DNA of 64,000 nucleotides, from contig JAOAAK010000041.1 in the NCBI GenBank assembly GCA_026418905.1, forward strand, positions 20,619-84,618, in the 5' to 3' direction. The notes beneath the pieces are model-generated. The model had not been told where the DNA came from and made no database searches. It was given only the letters and a program-made list of their open reading frames with translations. Source of the stretch: Bacteroidales bacterium. GTDB lineage: Bacteria > Bacteroidota > Bacteroidia > Bacteroidales > DTU049. Positions 50,282 to 59,055 of the stretch are shown here, in pieces (within the stretch, counting starts at the first letter, position 1; every line of letters starts with the position of its first letter). Position numbers and translations under genes: made by a program.

Positions 50282-52109
50282 CCCTTTTGTTCTTCCATTT
50301 TTTCTGGGGGTGTTGTTTTGGTTGACCCTCTTTGTATGGAGAATTTTTTCATGGATAGATGAAATCCCTACGGGGGACAGAAGGCAAGTATGGTTCAATT
50401 TGTTTAGTCGAAAATTGTTCTTAGCTTTTGAATTAATTTTCTTAGAAAGTCTTTTACATCGTCGGATTTTTCAAAAAAACATTCTACTGGGATACATGCA
50501 TATGAGCATTGCATTCGGATGGTTTATGCTCATTGTAGTTGGGTCAATTGAATCGAAATTTGGACAACATGAGGTATTCAACATGCCATGGGATCCTGTG
50601 TTTTTTAATTATTTTGAACCTCAGCGTGTCATTGAGTCATTTGGTTGGATTTTTCATTTACTAATGGATTTTTTCTTACTGATGGTATTGAGTGGTGTTT
50701 TATTGGCAATAATTAAACGTTTTCGTTCTCATTGGTTTGGTTTGCCACGCAATACACGTTTACCTTTGTTTGATAAGGTAGCATTGTATTCTTTATGGCT
50801 TATTTTCCCTGCACGTTTTTGGGTTGAATCACTCAATGCTGCTAATCATCAAAATGGAGGTTTTTTGACTCAACCGTGTGGTGATTGGTTGGCAACTTTT
50901 CTTCCTGTGCAATCGTTAGAATACCCCTCGTGGTGGGCATATTCTATCGTGCTTGGGATGTTTTTTGTGGCGCTACCATTTAGTCGCTATATGCATATCG
51001 TGACTGAGCCTTTTTTGATTTTTTTTCGAACGCTTGGAGCAAGACCATTGGAAGAATACAGTGGTCTGAGAAAAATGGAAGTATATGCATGCAGCCGATG
51101 TGGCATTTGCATCGAAGCTTGTCAACTTCATCAAGACGCTGCTATTCATGGAATGCAGGCTTCTTACTTGATTCAGAGCATTCGTTATGGTTTTTCTTTT
51201 AAAAATGAACTAAAGCTGTGTTTACAGTGTGGTCGTTGCACTTTGGCTTGTCCTGTTGAAATTGAATTAGTGAGCATGCGTCATATGGCTAGGGTTAACA
51301 CCTATCCTTCTTTTGAATTATCCTTACAACGACTCAGAGATAATAATGATATTTTGCCAACTCACGTGATGTATTTTGCGGGGTGTATGACGCGGTTGTC
51401 TCCATCTATCATTAGATCTTTTCTTTTTTTACTTGATCGAGCGGGCATTACGTATGATTATTTGGATGAGAAAGGTGGAATGTGTTGTGGGAAGCCTCAA
51501 CTTCAGCTAGGGCAAAAAAATTTAGCCAGGCAAATTATCGAGCAAAATAAAAGTATTTTTCTTCAGCATCCATCGATGGTGCTTGTGACTACTTGTCCTA
51601 TTTGCTTGAATATTTTTCGATGTGAATATCATTTACCAAAACATGTGATGCATCACAGCGAACTTCTTGCCATGCTTATCGAGGCAGGTAGACTTCCTAA
51701 ATTAAAGGGTCAAAGGAAAGTAATGTATCATGACTCATGCGAGCTGGCTTTCCACTTACAAATAACTACACAACCCCGAGAAGTATTGCGTTCCTGTGTT
51801 AATTTGCAAAACCATAATCCAGGCCGCGAGCATTGGTGTTGTGGTGGAAGCACTGCCAGCTTGAATTTACCTTACGAAAAGCGTCAGCAGTTGGCGCTTA
51901 AAACTATTCGTCGTCTTATCAATAACGAGACTGAAGTTTTGGCGACGGCTTGTCCACTTTGTAAAATTACTTTTAAATCAGGGCAATTAGTTCCGGTGCA
52001 AGACATAGCTGAAATTTATGCTCAAGAACTTCGATCTACGACAACGAGCAAAGACTTTCATCCTTCCTTTGATGTTGATTCGGTGAAATATGGAGTTAAG
52101 ATTTATTAA
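50265..52109 (+). CDS. Fusion of a NarI/HdrE/DsrM-like membrane domain with an HdrD/DsrK-like 2x[4Fe-4S] + 2xCCG domain
   Basis: About 5-6 N-terminal TM helices with conserved His ('LLHRR', 'YMHMSIAFGW', 'IFHLL', 'SRYMHIV'). Clusters 'CSRCGICIEAC' and 'CLQCGRCTLACP'. Two intact CCG domains ('AGC..MCCGKP..TCPIC' and 'DSC..WCCGGS..ACPLC'). Confidence 0.75.
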   Translation: MNIHYDPFVLPFFLGVLFWLTLFVWRIFSWIDEIPTGDRRQVWFNLFSRKLFLAFELIFLESLLHRRIFQKNILLGYMHMSIAFGWFMLIVVGSIESKFGQHEVFNMPWDPVFFNYFEPQRVIESFGWIFHLLMDFFLLMVLSGVLLAIIKRFRSHWFGLPRNTRLPLFDKVALYSLWLIFPARFWVESLNAANHQNGGFLTQPCGDWLATFLPVQSLEYPSWWAYSIVLGMFFVALPFSRYMHIVTEPFLIFFRTLGARPLEEYSGLRKMEVYACSRCGICIEACQLHQDAAIHGMQASYLIQSIRYGFSFKNELKLCLQCGRCTLACPVEIELVSMRHMARVNTYPSFELSLQRLRDNNDILPTHVMYFAGCMTRLSPSIIRSFLFLLDRAGITYDYLDEKGGMCCGKPQLQLGQKNLARQIIEQNKSIFLQHPSMVLVTTCPICLNIFRCEYHLPKHVMHHSELLAMLIEAGRLPKLKGQRKVMYHDSCELAFHLQITTQPREVLRSCVNLQNHNPGREHWCCGGSTASLNLPYEKRQQLALKTIRRLINNETEVLATACPLCKITFKSGQLVPVQDIAEIYAQELRSTTTSKDFHPSFDVDSVKYGVKIY

Positions 52110-52232
52110 TATTCGATCGACATAGGATAAGGGGTTTTATTCGTCAGCAGAAACATAAATCACGTTTTCAATTTGGAGTATGTCATGCAGGGGGGAGAAG
52201 TATTAATTGTCGATACAGGCTAAAAGAGGCTT

Positions 52233-53303
52233 TTAGTCTACGATGATGATGGGTTTTGTATGGAGTTTGTTTTGGCTGAAGATTTGCAAGATATAATATC
52301 CTTTTTCTATTTGTGGGAGGGTAAAGTTTTTTTGATCGTATGAAATCAATTCGCATACATTTTTTCCGAGAATGTTGGATAGATATACTCTTTCTATATT
52401 AGGGAGGAGGATTGAGATATTTTCGCCTTTTTTGACCGGGTTGGGGAAGACAGTAAGTGTAAGTTCGTCATTTTGGTCAAGGATTTGGGCATGGATTTCA
52501 TATTTTAACCACCACATTTTTAAAAGGGTATTTGAGGAGGGTTCATATTCAGCTTTAAAGACATGATTGCGTTTGGAGGGTGTCCATGCGTGGATGTAGA
52601 GCAACGTATCGTACAAAAGCAATGTATCTAAGATAGTATTGCTTAAGAATTTGATTTTGAGACTGTCTTCATAATAAATGAATTCTTTGACCAAAAGGCA
52701 ATTTGAAAATGTTCCAGCAGGTGTAATGATAGTACCACTTCCTACGGCGGTTAGATATTTGAAAGCATGACGTGTGTAGAATGTATCAATGTCGTTGGGG
52801 AAGGCGTTGAGGGCGATGGTCCAAGTATAATTTTGAGAAATAGAGTCGTACAAGGTGAATGGAGTTTTCATAAGCCATTCGGCAGGTTGAATGGTTACGT
52901 TGGTAGGTGCTCCGCCGAAGCTACCGCGGAAGCCAACGGCGGTGAAGCCTTGACTGTCGGTACGAAAAAACATGTAGCCGAAATGGTTTTGATAAGGGGC
53001 TATTCCTCCAGGGCCTCCATAGAGCATGCCAGGGCCGTAGGTATAGACATTAGATGTAGGGAAATTTGTTTGATAAGGTAGATTTTGAGTTGCGCCGTAA
53101 GCAGATACTTGCAGCGTATCTTGGACTAGAGTTGAAAAATCCCACGTTGCACCCGTTTGTTGATAGTCAAAAAGAACTTGGGGAGAGACGTCTACTCCGA
53201 AAACAAAAGTGTCACCCGGTAGAGGCAAAGAACCAAATTGAATGATTTGGCAATTTAACGACAAAGAAAAAACTACTATCAATGGAAATAAAAAATTTTT
53301 CAT
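52233..53303 (-). CDS. Secreted protein with T9SS type-A CTD
   Basis: Signal peptide 'MKNFLFPLIVVFSLSLNCQ' (the TTG extension to 53321 was trimmed). C-terminal 'LTVFPNPVKKGENISILL..VYLSNILGKNV..KGYYILQIF'. Confidence 0.65.
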   Translation of the reverse strand: MKNFLFPLIVVFSLSLNCQIIQFGSLPLPGDTFVFGVDVSPQVLFDYQQTGATWDFSTLVQDTLQVSAYGATQNLPYQTNFPTSNVYTYGPGMLYGGPGGIAPYQNHFGYMFFRTDSQGFTAVGFRGSFGGAPTNVTIQPAEWLMKTPFTLYDSISQNYTWTIALNAFPNDIDTFYTRHAFKYLTAVGSGTIITPAGTFSNCLLVKEFIYYEDSLKIKFLSNTILDTLLLYDTLLYIHAWTPSKRNHVFKAEYEPSSNTLLKMWWLKYEIHAQILDQNDELTLTVFPNPVKKGENISILLPNIERVYLSNILGKNVCELISYDQKNFTLPQIEKGYYILQIFSQNKLHTKPIIIVD

Positions 53304-53435
53304 AAAGATTTGTTTTAGCAAAAATAGTTTTTTTTTAAAAAAAAAGCATAACTTTAATTCTCAAAACATACTTTTATTTAAGCTGAGAAACAAAATAATG
53401 AGAAAAATGTAGCATTGTTTTATGGTAGAGTTCGA

Positions 53436-55301
53436 TCATTGTTGGGAGCATCTACGGAATTTATTTTTTTTGCGAAGTTGTTCTAGTTCTTTTTTTAGAT
53501 CTTCGATTTCTTTTTGTTGAGTTTTGATTGCTTCAAGGAGTAAGATAGATAGGCGGTCGTATTTTATTCCAAGGATTTCGCCATGATTGCCATATTGGAC
53601 AAGCATGGGGAAGGTTTTTGCTACTTCTTCAGCTATAAGGCCCAGATCTGTTTCATGGGATGTAGTCCATTCGAAAGTAACGGGTTGTAATAGTTGAAGT
53701 TTTTGAGGTTGGATCTCTAGTGGTCTTATGTTAGATTTCCACTGGCTGGAGGAGAAAGTAATCCATGCGTTAGAAATGGCCCTATTTCCATCACCTGGAT
53801 TACCTACTTGCAGAGCGTATGTGGGTTGAGTGGTTTGTATGCCTACTTCACCGCTGGGCTTGATATAAACAACAGGTTTGATTACCCAAGATGAAGCGAT
53901 TGTTATTTCGTTTCCGATGGTAATGTTAGGTTCGGGATTAACATATTTAGCAAGAAAAATCCAGTCGTAGCTATTGCGACAACAGGAATATAAATAAATG
54001 TGCTGTAATGTTTTCCCAGTTGCAGATACTTGTGAAACATAAGAATTATTGAAGAAAAACTTACCGATATTTCCATCATATGTAACCTCGGCTTTAAACC
54101 AATTGGTAACATTCTGGTTTTGAAGATTATTATTTACGACATCAAGTAAATAAGTATTAAATCCACCATTCCAAGGTCCCCAAAAAACAGTGGTAGCGGG
54201 TACAGCAATAAACTGATCCCATGAAGTGCATCCCCATAAACAATTATTACCAGCATAAGTAATGGCTCTATGCTTAATTCGATAAGTAGGCATTGTTGGA
54301 ACGATACCACCATTATTGATATTACGTGCAAATAGATTGGGGGATGATCCCCAACAAGTGATTATTCCATTGGAAATGGTATAATTACTTGACCATTGTT
54401 GCCATTTAATAGTGTTAATCGAAGAGCCTACGAAATCATCAAAGAAAACAAAGGTGCTATCTCCATTGGCTCCAGGGCCCAGATTAGGGAAGCCATATTC
54501 GAGGTAAATTGAATCGATTCTTCCACCGTAGATAGTAGGGATACGGATCCATATCCAAGTTTGAGGGGTGTTGCATCCATCTTCTATCCAGTAGTAAATG
54601 GGGGTTCCGTTGGGTGTGTAGAAGCGAATATCATCGCAATCGGGCTGCATTTTTCCACTTGCAATAAGGCTTTGTGTGTTAAGAATCAGCAAGATTTGAT
54701 AGTTTAAAAGCGTATCAGTTCGATTGGTTGCATCAATGTAAATAGGACGTCGATAATGAGCAGGTGTGTACTGGGGTGTTTCAATGATAAGTGGTTCTAA
54801 ATTGTTATTGTCATTGGTAATGTGGACAAGGGCTGATGGTTGAGATTGATGAATGCCAATGTTTCCTGAAGCAGAAATACGCATTTGTTCGGTGGAATAG
54901 GTTCGGAAGATCAAGTGAGAGGAGTCGATAGTTCCGAGGTAATGAGTAGAAGGGTTTGTGTTAGCGTTTCCTGTGAGGTACCATGCTTTGGTATAGCCGA
55001 CTTTTTCCCATTGATTACCGTTCCAGAAGTAGAAGCCTTTTCCATCTGCTCCGAGTCCTGAGATGAGTTCATTTTCATTGTAAATAAGCAATGAAAGAAC
55101 TTCTGGTCCGTTAATAGGGGGATTAAATTGAGTGGTAGAATTAAGCGATACACGGGGAATGAGAATGCCTTTATCGGTGAATTGAATATCGAGAGCAGCA
55201 CTAGGATGTGGTTGCGATCCTATTGGTGAAATAGCAACGCCCTGGGAAAATAGAATGAAACAATGAAAAAAAACTACCCAAATGAATGTAATTTTTTTCA
55301 T
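53436..55301 (-). CDS. Surface protein: conserved N-terminal module + DUF2341/LamG-like region + tail-fibre Peptidase_S74 intramolecular chaperone domain
   Basis: N-terminal 'PSAALDIQFTDKGILIPRV'. 'YRRPIYID..CDDIRFY..YYWIED..TWIWIRIP..IYLEYG' and 'FVFFDDF' are DUF2341/LamG-like. C-terminal 'SSSQWKSNIRPL..LQPVTFEW..LGLIAEEV..GIKYDRLSILLLEAIK..EIEDLKKELEQL'. Confidence 0.65.
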   Translation of the reverse strand: MKKITFIWVVFFHCFILFSQGVAISPIGSQPHPSAALDIQFTDKGILIPRVSLNSTTQFNPPINGPEVLSLLIYNENELISGLGADGKGFYFWNGNQWEKVGYTKAWYLTGNANTNPSTHYLGTIDSSHLIFRTYSTEQMRISASGNIGIHQSQPSALVHITNDNNNLEPLIIETPQYTPAHYRRPIYIDATNRTDTLLNYQILLILNTQSLIASGKMQPDCDDIRFYTPNGTPIYYWIEDGCNTPQTWIWIRIPTIYGGRIDSIYLEYGFPNLGPGANGDSTFVFFDDFVGSSINTIKWQQWSSNYTISNGIITCWGSSPNLFARNINNGGIVPTMPTYRIKHRAITYAGNNCLWGCTSWDQFIAVPATTVFWGPWNGGFNTYLLDVVNNNLQNQNVTNWFKAEVTYDGNIGKFFFNNSYVSQVSATGKTLQHIYLYSCCRNSYDWIFLAKYVNPEPNITIGNEITIASSWVIKPVVYIKPSGEVGIQTTQPTYALQVGNPGDGNRAISNAWITFSSSQWKSNIRPLEIQPQKLQLLQPVTFEWTTSHETDLGLIAEEVAKTFPMLVQYGNHGEILGIKYDRLSILLLEAIKTQQKEIEDLKKELEQLRKKNKFRRCSQQ

Positions 55302-55384
55302 AGTTAAGAATTTTTTTAAGTAAAGCAAATATATAAAAAAATTTAATTATACTATACACTTCAATAAAAAAAATAATAAAAAAA

Positions 55385-56521
55385 TTATCCGGCAATGCTG
55401 ATGGTTTGTAGGAGTTGTTTGTTGATAAGAGTAATGCCTTTGGGTGTGTCAGAAATGATATTTTCATTTTTAAAGTCTGAGAGGATACGGACTGCATTTT
55501 CATTACTCATTGCGCTGAGTTCTGCTAAATCTTTTCGAGAAATGAATGAGGGTATGAGGTCAGAGTTAAATACGCGTGATAGATAGAGCAATGTTTCAGC
55601 CATGCGACCGGTGGTTTGTTTGAGACTTAAGCATTTTAACCGATTGAAGAGAATATCGTAGTTATCGCACAGCCATTTGGTAATGGCTTTGTGAAATTGG
55701 GGATTTTGGTTAAGGATACGCAAGACGGTTTGTTTTTCGATCAAGAATGCAGTAGTTGGAATAAGTGCAATGGTGGTAAAATAATAGCTATTGCCATAAA
55801 GGGATGAGAGGCTGATGAATTCGAAAGGTACACTGATCATAAAAGAATAGCTTTTTCCGTGTAAACCTTCGACAAACGATTTGGTAGCACCTTTAGCAAG
55901 CAAGATAAAATAAGATGTATAAGCACCTTGTTTTCCTAGAGTTTCACCTTTTTTAAATGTAATAGGGTTCTTCAGTAATTGAATAATGTCTGAATCGGTG
56001 AGCCCGAAAGGTTTAAGCCATTCGATCAGACCATGATAATTTTTTTTAATTTGTTGAAAGAATTCCTCATCCGGTAAGGAAAGTTCTCTTTGAGAGATGG
56101 GTCTTAGTTTCTTGAGAATCAAAAAAGTGGAGAATTTTTCTGCAATTGACTTTAAAAGTAAATGTTCTTCTGGCAAAAAGATGCCCTTATCGCATTTCAC
56201 AGGTCGAGTATAAAAAATCCTTAGTTCACCTATTACTTTGTCGTATTCTTTGAGGGGATAAGATATTTTGAGTTCAGTTCGGGTAAAACTTGATCGATGA
56301 TATATTTTATCACCCAAAATAATTTCGGCTTCACAAATATCTTCGTATTGCCAACCTTTGGGTATAATGTGGAGAATATTGTCAATAACGTCTTCTATGT
56401 TTTGATCGTAATTTGAAAGAGCCTGTTCGATTTCGTAAAGGCAGAGTAATTCCTTAGCTCTTTCAAATAATGCATCGGGGGAATGAAAGTCGTAATGTCC
56501 GTCTTCCTGCATGTAAGTCAA
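55385..56521 (-). CDS. Crp/Fnr-family transcription regulator with a ~170-aa N-terminal sensor-like extension
   Basis: C-terminal cNMP-binding-like barrel ('FKKGETLGKQGAYTSYFILLAKG') and HTH ('ISRKDLAELSAMSNENAVRILSDFKNENII'). The N-terminal region 'CLYEIEQAL..IIPKGWQYEDICEAEIILGD..GELRIFY..GIFLPEEHLLLKSIAEK' is extra. Confidence 0.7.
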   Translation of the reverse strand: MTYMQEDGHYDFHSPDALFERAKELLCLYEIEQALSNYDQNIEDVIDNILHIIPKGWQYEDICEAEIILGDKIYHRSSFTRTELKISYPLKEYDKVIGELRIFYTRPVKCDKGIFLPEEHLLLKSIAEKFSTFLILKKLRPISQRELSLPDEEFFQQIKKNYHGLIEWLKPFGLTDSDIIQLLKNPITFKKGETLGKQGAYTSYFILLAKGATKSFVEGLHGKSYSFMISVPFEFISLSSLYGNSYYFTTIALIPTTAFLIEKQTVLRILNQNPQFHKAITKWLCDNYDILFNRLKCLSLKQTTGRMAETLLYLSRVFNSDLIPSFISRKDLAELSAMSNENAVRILSDFKNENIISDTPKGITLINKQLLQTISIAG

Positions 56522-56645
56522 ATTTTTGCAAAAGTAAAAAAATCAAAATTCTTATTGATTTTTAATAGTCTTTTGATTGCAATTGTTTGAGCAATTCTCA
56601 TAAAAAAAAAGCAAGGATTTTAGTTGCAGAAAGTTATTCCTGACA

Positions 56646-56653
56646 TATTTTTG
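56646..56653 (+). promoter_or_regulatory. Putative -7 box (TAnnTTTG) for gdhA
   Basis: 'tattTTTG', 17 nt upstream of the gdhA ATG at 56671. Confidence 0.3.
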
Positions 56654-56670
56654 GGCAAAATTCGAAAGAT

Positions 56671-58008
56671 ATGAACGTCGAAAAAATCATGCAAGAATTA
56701 GAAAGGAAAAATCCCGGTGAGGTTGAATATTTGCAAGCTGTTAGAGAAGTACTTGAATCTATTGAAGAAGTAGTAAACGAACATCCAGAATTTGAGCGAG
56801 CAGGAATCATCGATAGAATTATTGAACCAGATAGAGTTTTAATGTTTAAAGTTCCGTGGGTGGATGATCAAGGGAATGTACACGTGAATCGTGGTTACCG
56901 CGTACAGTTTAATAATGCTATTGGTCCATACAAAGGAGGTCTTCGTTTTCACCCCAGTGTTAATTTGTCGATTCTTAAGTTTTTGGGTTTTGAGCAAATA
57001 TTTAAAAATAGTCTAACCTCACTTGCCATGGGTGGTGCGAAAGGGGGTAGCGATTTTGATCCTAAAGGTAAGAGTGATCGGGAAATTATGCGCTTTTGTC
57101 AGAGTTTTATGTTAGAACTTTGGAAGATTTTAGGGCCTGAAATTGATGTGCCAGCTGGCGACATTGGTGTTGGAGCTCGTGAGATAGGGTACTTATATGG
57201 TATGTATAAGAAGCTAACCCATGAACATAACGGTGTTCTTACTGGAAAAAGTATCAATTGGGGTGGATCGTTAATTCGTCCAGAAGCTACAGGTTTTGGC
57301 GTGGTATATTTTGCAGAAGAAATGCTTCGTACGAGGAACGACACTATTAAAGGAAAAACAGTAACTGTTTCTGGTTTTGGAAATGTTGCATGGGGTGCTA
57401 TAACTAAAGCAACAGAAATGGGAGCTAAAGTGGTTACTATTAGCGGACCTGATGGTTATATTTATGATCCTGAAGGTATAACTGGTAGGAAGATTGATTT
57501 TCTTCTTGAGCTTCGTGCAAGTAATCAAGACATTTGTAAGCCCTATATATATGAATTTCCCAATGCTCAGTTTATACCCAACAAAAGGCCATGGGAAGTA
57601 AAATGTGATGTAGCTTTGCCTTGTGCAACGCAAAATGAGCTTGATAAGCAGGATGCCATCAATTTGGTGAACAATGGGTGCATTTGTGTAGCAGAGGGTG
57701 CCAACATGCCTTCAACCCCTGAAGCCATTGAGGTCTTTCTTGAAAACAAGATTCTTTTTTCACCTGGAAAAGCTTCAAATGCTGGTGGTGTTGCTGTTTC
57801 GGGGCTTGAGATGTCGCAAAATGCAATGAAGTTATCGTGGGGTCGGGAGGAAGTTGATAGGAGATTGAGGGAAATCATGAGCAACATTCATGCATCTTGT
57901 GTTAAGTATGGTAGGCAAGAAGATGGTTTTGTAAATTACGTAAAGGGTGCGAACATTGCTGGTTTTCTTAAAGTTGCCCAAAGCATGCTTGAGCAGGGTA
58001 TTATTTAG
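56671..58008 (+). CDS. gdhA: NADP-specific glutamate dehydrogenase
   Basis: 'GPYKGGLRFHPSVNLSILKFLGFEQIFKNSLT..MGGAKGGSDFDPKGKS', 'VSGFGNVAWG'. Length is 445 aa. Confidence 0.93.
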   Translation: MNVEKIMQELERKNPGEVEYLQAVREVLESIEEVVNEHPEFERAGIIDRIIEPDRVLMFKVPWVDDQGNVHVNRGYRVQFNNAIGPYKGGLRFHPSVNLSILKFLGFEQIFKNSLTSLAMGGAKGGSDFDPKGKSDREIMRFCQSFMLELWKILGPEIDVPAGDIGVGAREIGYLYGMYKKLTHEHNGVLTGKSINWGGSLIRPEATGFGVVYFAEEMLRTRNDTIKGKTVTVSGFGNVAWGAITKATEMGAKVVTISGPDGYIYDPEGITGRKIDFLLELRASNQDICKPYIYEFPNAQFIPNKRPWEVKCDVALPCATQNELDKQDAINLVNNGCICVAEGANMPSTPEAIEVFLENKILFSPGKASNAGGVAVSGLEMSQNAMKLSWGREEVDRRLREIMSNIHASCVKYGRQEDGFVNYVKGANIAGFLKVAQSMLEQGII

Positions 58009-58046
58009 TCATGTAATGTCTTTTACTGACATAATATTTTAGGGTT

Positions 58047-58075
58047 AAACTCCGCCCGTGGCGGAGTTTATTTTA
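58047..58075 (+). terminator. Intrinsic terminator after gdhA
   Basis: aaactccgcc (58047-58056) pairs with ggcggagttt (58060-58069) around loop cgt, followed by a-tttt. Confidence 0.7.
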
Positions 58076-58096
58076 AAATCATAATTTTATAAAAAT

Positions 58097-59023
58097 ATGG
58101 GCAATTTTTTGGTAGGGGTCGACATAGGGGGTACCATTACGAAGATTGGGTTGGTTCATGAGGATGGTACTCTGATTGGGTTACGAAAAATAAAAACACG
58201 TGATTATTTAGATCTAATGGATTTTATTGAAGCAATTCACATCTCCTTAGAATCGGTTTTTCAAGAAGTAGGAATTAAATCAGTTCAAGTGAGGGGCTTG
58301 GGTATTGGAGCACCTAATGGAAATCCGAAAACAGGTTGTATTCATCATGCTGCGAATTTGCCATGGAGTGGGGAGATACCTTTGGCTAAAATACTGGAAC
58401 AGGAAACAGGAATACCTTCTTTTCTCGATAATGATGCCAACGTAGCTGCCATAGCCGAGCGAAAGTACGGTGGTGCATCTGGCATGGAGGATTTTGCTGT
58501 TATAACTGTGGGGACAGGTTTAGGGAGTGGAATTTTTTCGCAAGGCAGGTTGCTTACTGGGAGTACTGGCATGGCAGGTGAATTAGGGCATACCATTCTT
58601 TATCCAGGGGGCAGGATCTGTACGTGTGGGAAAAGGGGATGTGTCGAAACTTATGTATCATCTCGTGGATTTTTGGAGACGTATGGCGAATTATGTCAGA
58701 ACAAACCTTTCAATACAACTCCTGAAGAAGTAGTGTTGAGAATGAAGAATGGTGATTCGATTGCTCAAAAAGCGGTAGAGCGTATGAGTTATGATCTTGG
58801 TATAGCTCTCGCTAACCTTGTGAATATTCTTAGCCTCGAAGCTATTTTCCTTACAGGAGGGCTGATGACGGATGGCGAATATTTTTTGCCTCACGTAGTA
58901 AAAAGTTTTAGTGAAAATGTTTTAAGTGTGTTTCGAGATACGTGCAAAATTTTGTTGTCACCACTATGTCATAAAGAGAGTGGCGTTTTGGGAGGTGCAG
59001 CACTTGTCCTTCAGACATTGTGA
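58097..59023 (+). CDS. ROK-family sugar kinase (glucokinase-like)
   Basis: 'VGVDIGGTITKIG', 'DNDANVAA', 'GELGH', and ROK zinc motif 'CTCGKRGCVETY'. Confidence 0.8.
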   Translation: MGNFLVGVDIGGTITKIGLVHEDGTLIGLRKIKTRDYLDLMDFIEAIHISLESVFQEVGIKSVQVRGLGIGAPNGNPKTGCIHHAANLPWSGEIPLAKILEQETGIPSFLDNDANVAAIAERKYGGASGMEDFAVITVGTGLGSGIFSQGRLLTGSTGMAGELGHTILYPGGRICTCGKRGCVETYVSSRGFLETYGELCQNKPFNTTPEEVVLRMKNGDSIAQKAVERMSYDLGIALANLVNILSLEAIFLTGGLMTDGEYFLPHVVKSFSENVLSVFRDTCKILLSPLCHKESGVLGGAALVLQTL

Positions 59024-59055
59024 AAAAATCCTATTTTTGCCTGAAATTACATAAT

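Noticed and set aside
53436-55301. Prophage remnant, suggested by the tail-fibre-like C-terminal domain.
   Set aside because: No capsid, portal, terminase, baseplate, integrase or lysis genes lie on either side. The neighbours are a T9SS cargo gene and a Crp-family regulator.
57099-57887. Three antisense ORFs (81, 120 and 106 aa) inside gdhA.
   Set aside because: gdhA is unambiguous on the plus strand, and the antisense ORFs have no motifs and mutually overlap. They are shadow ORFs.
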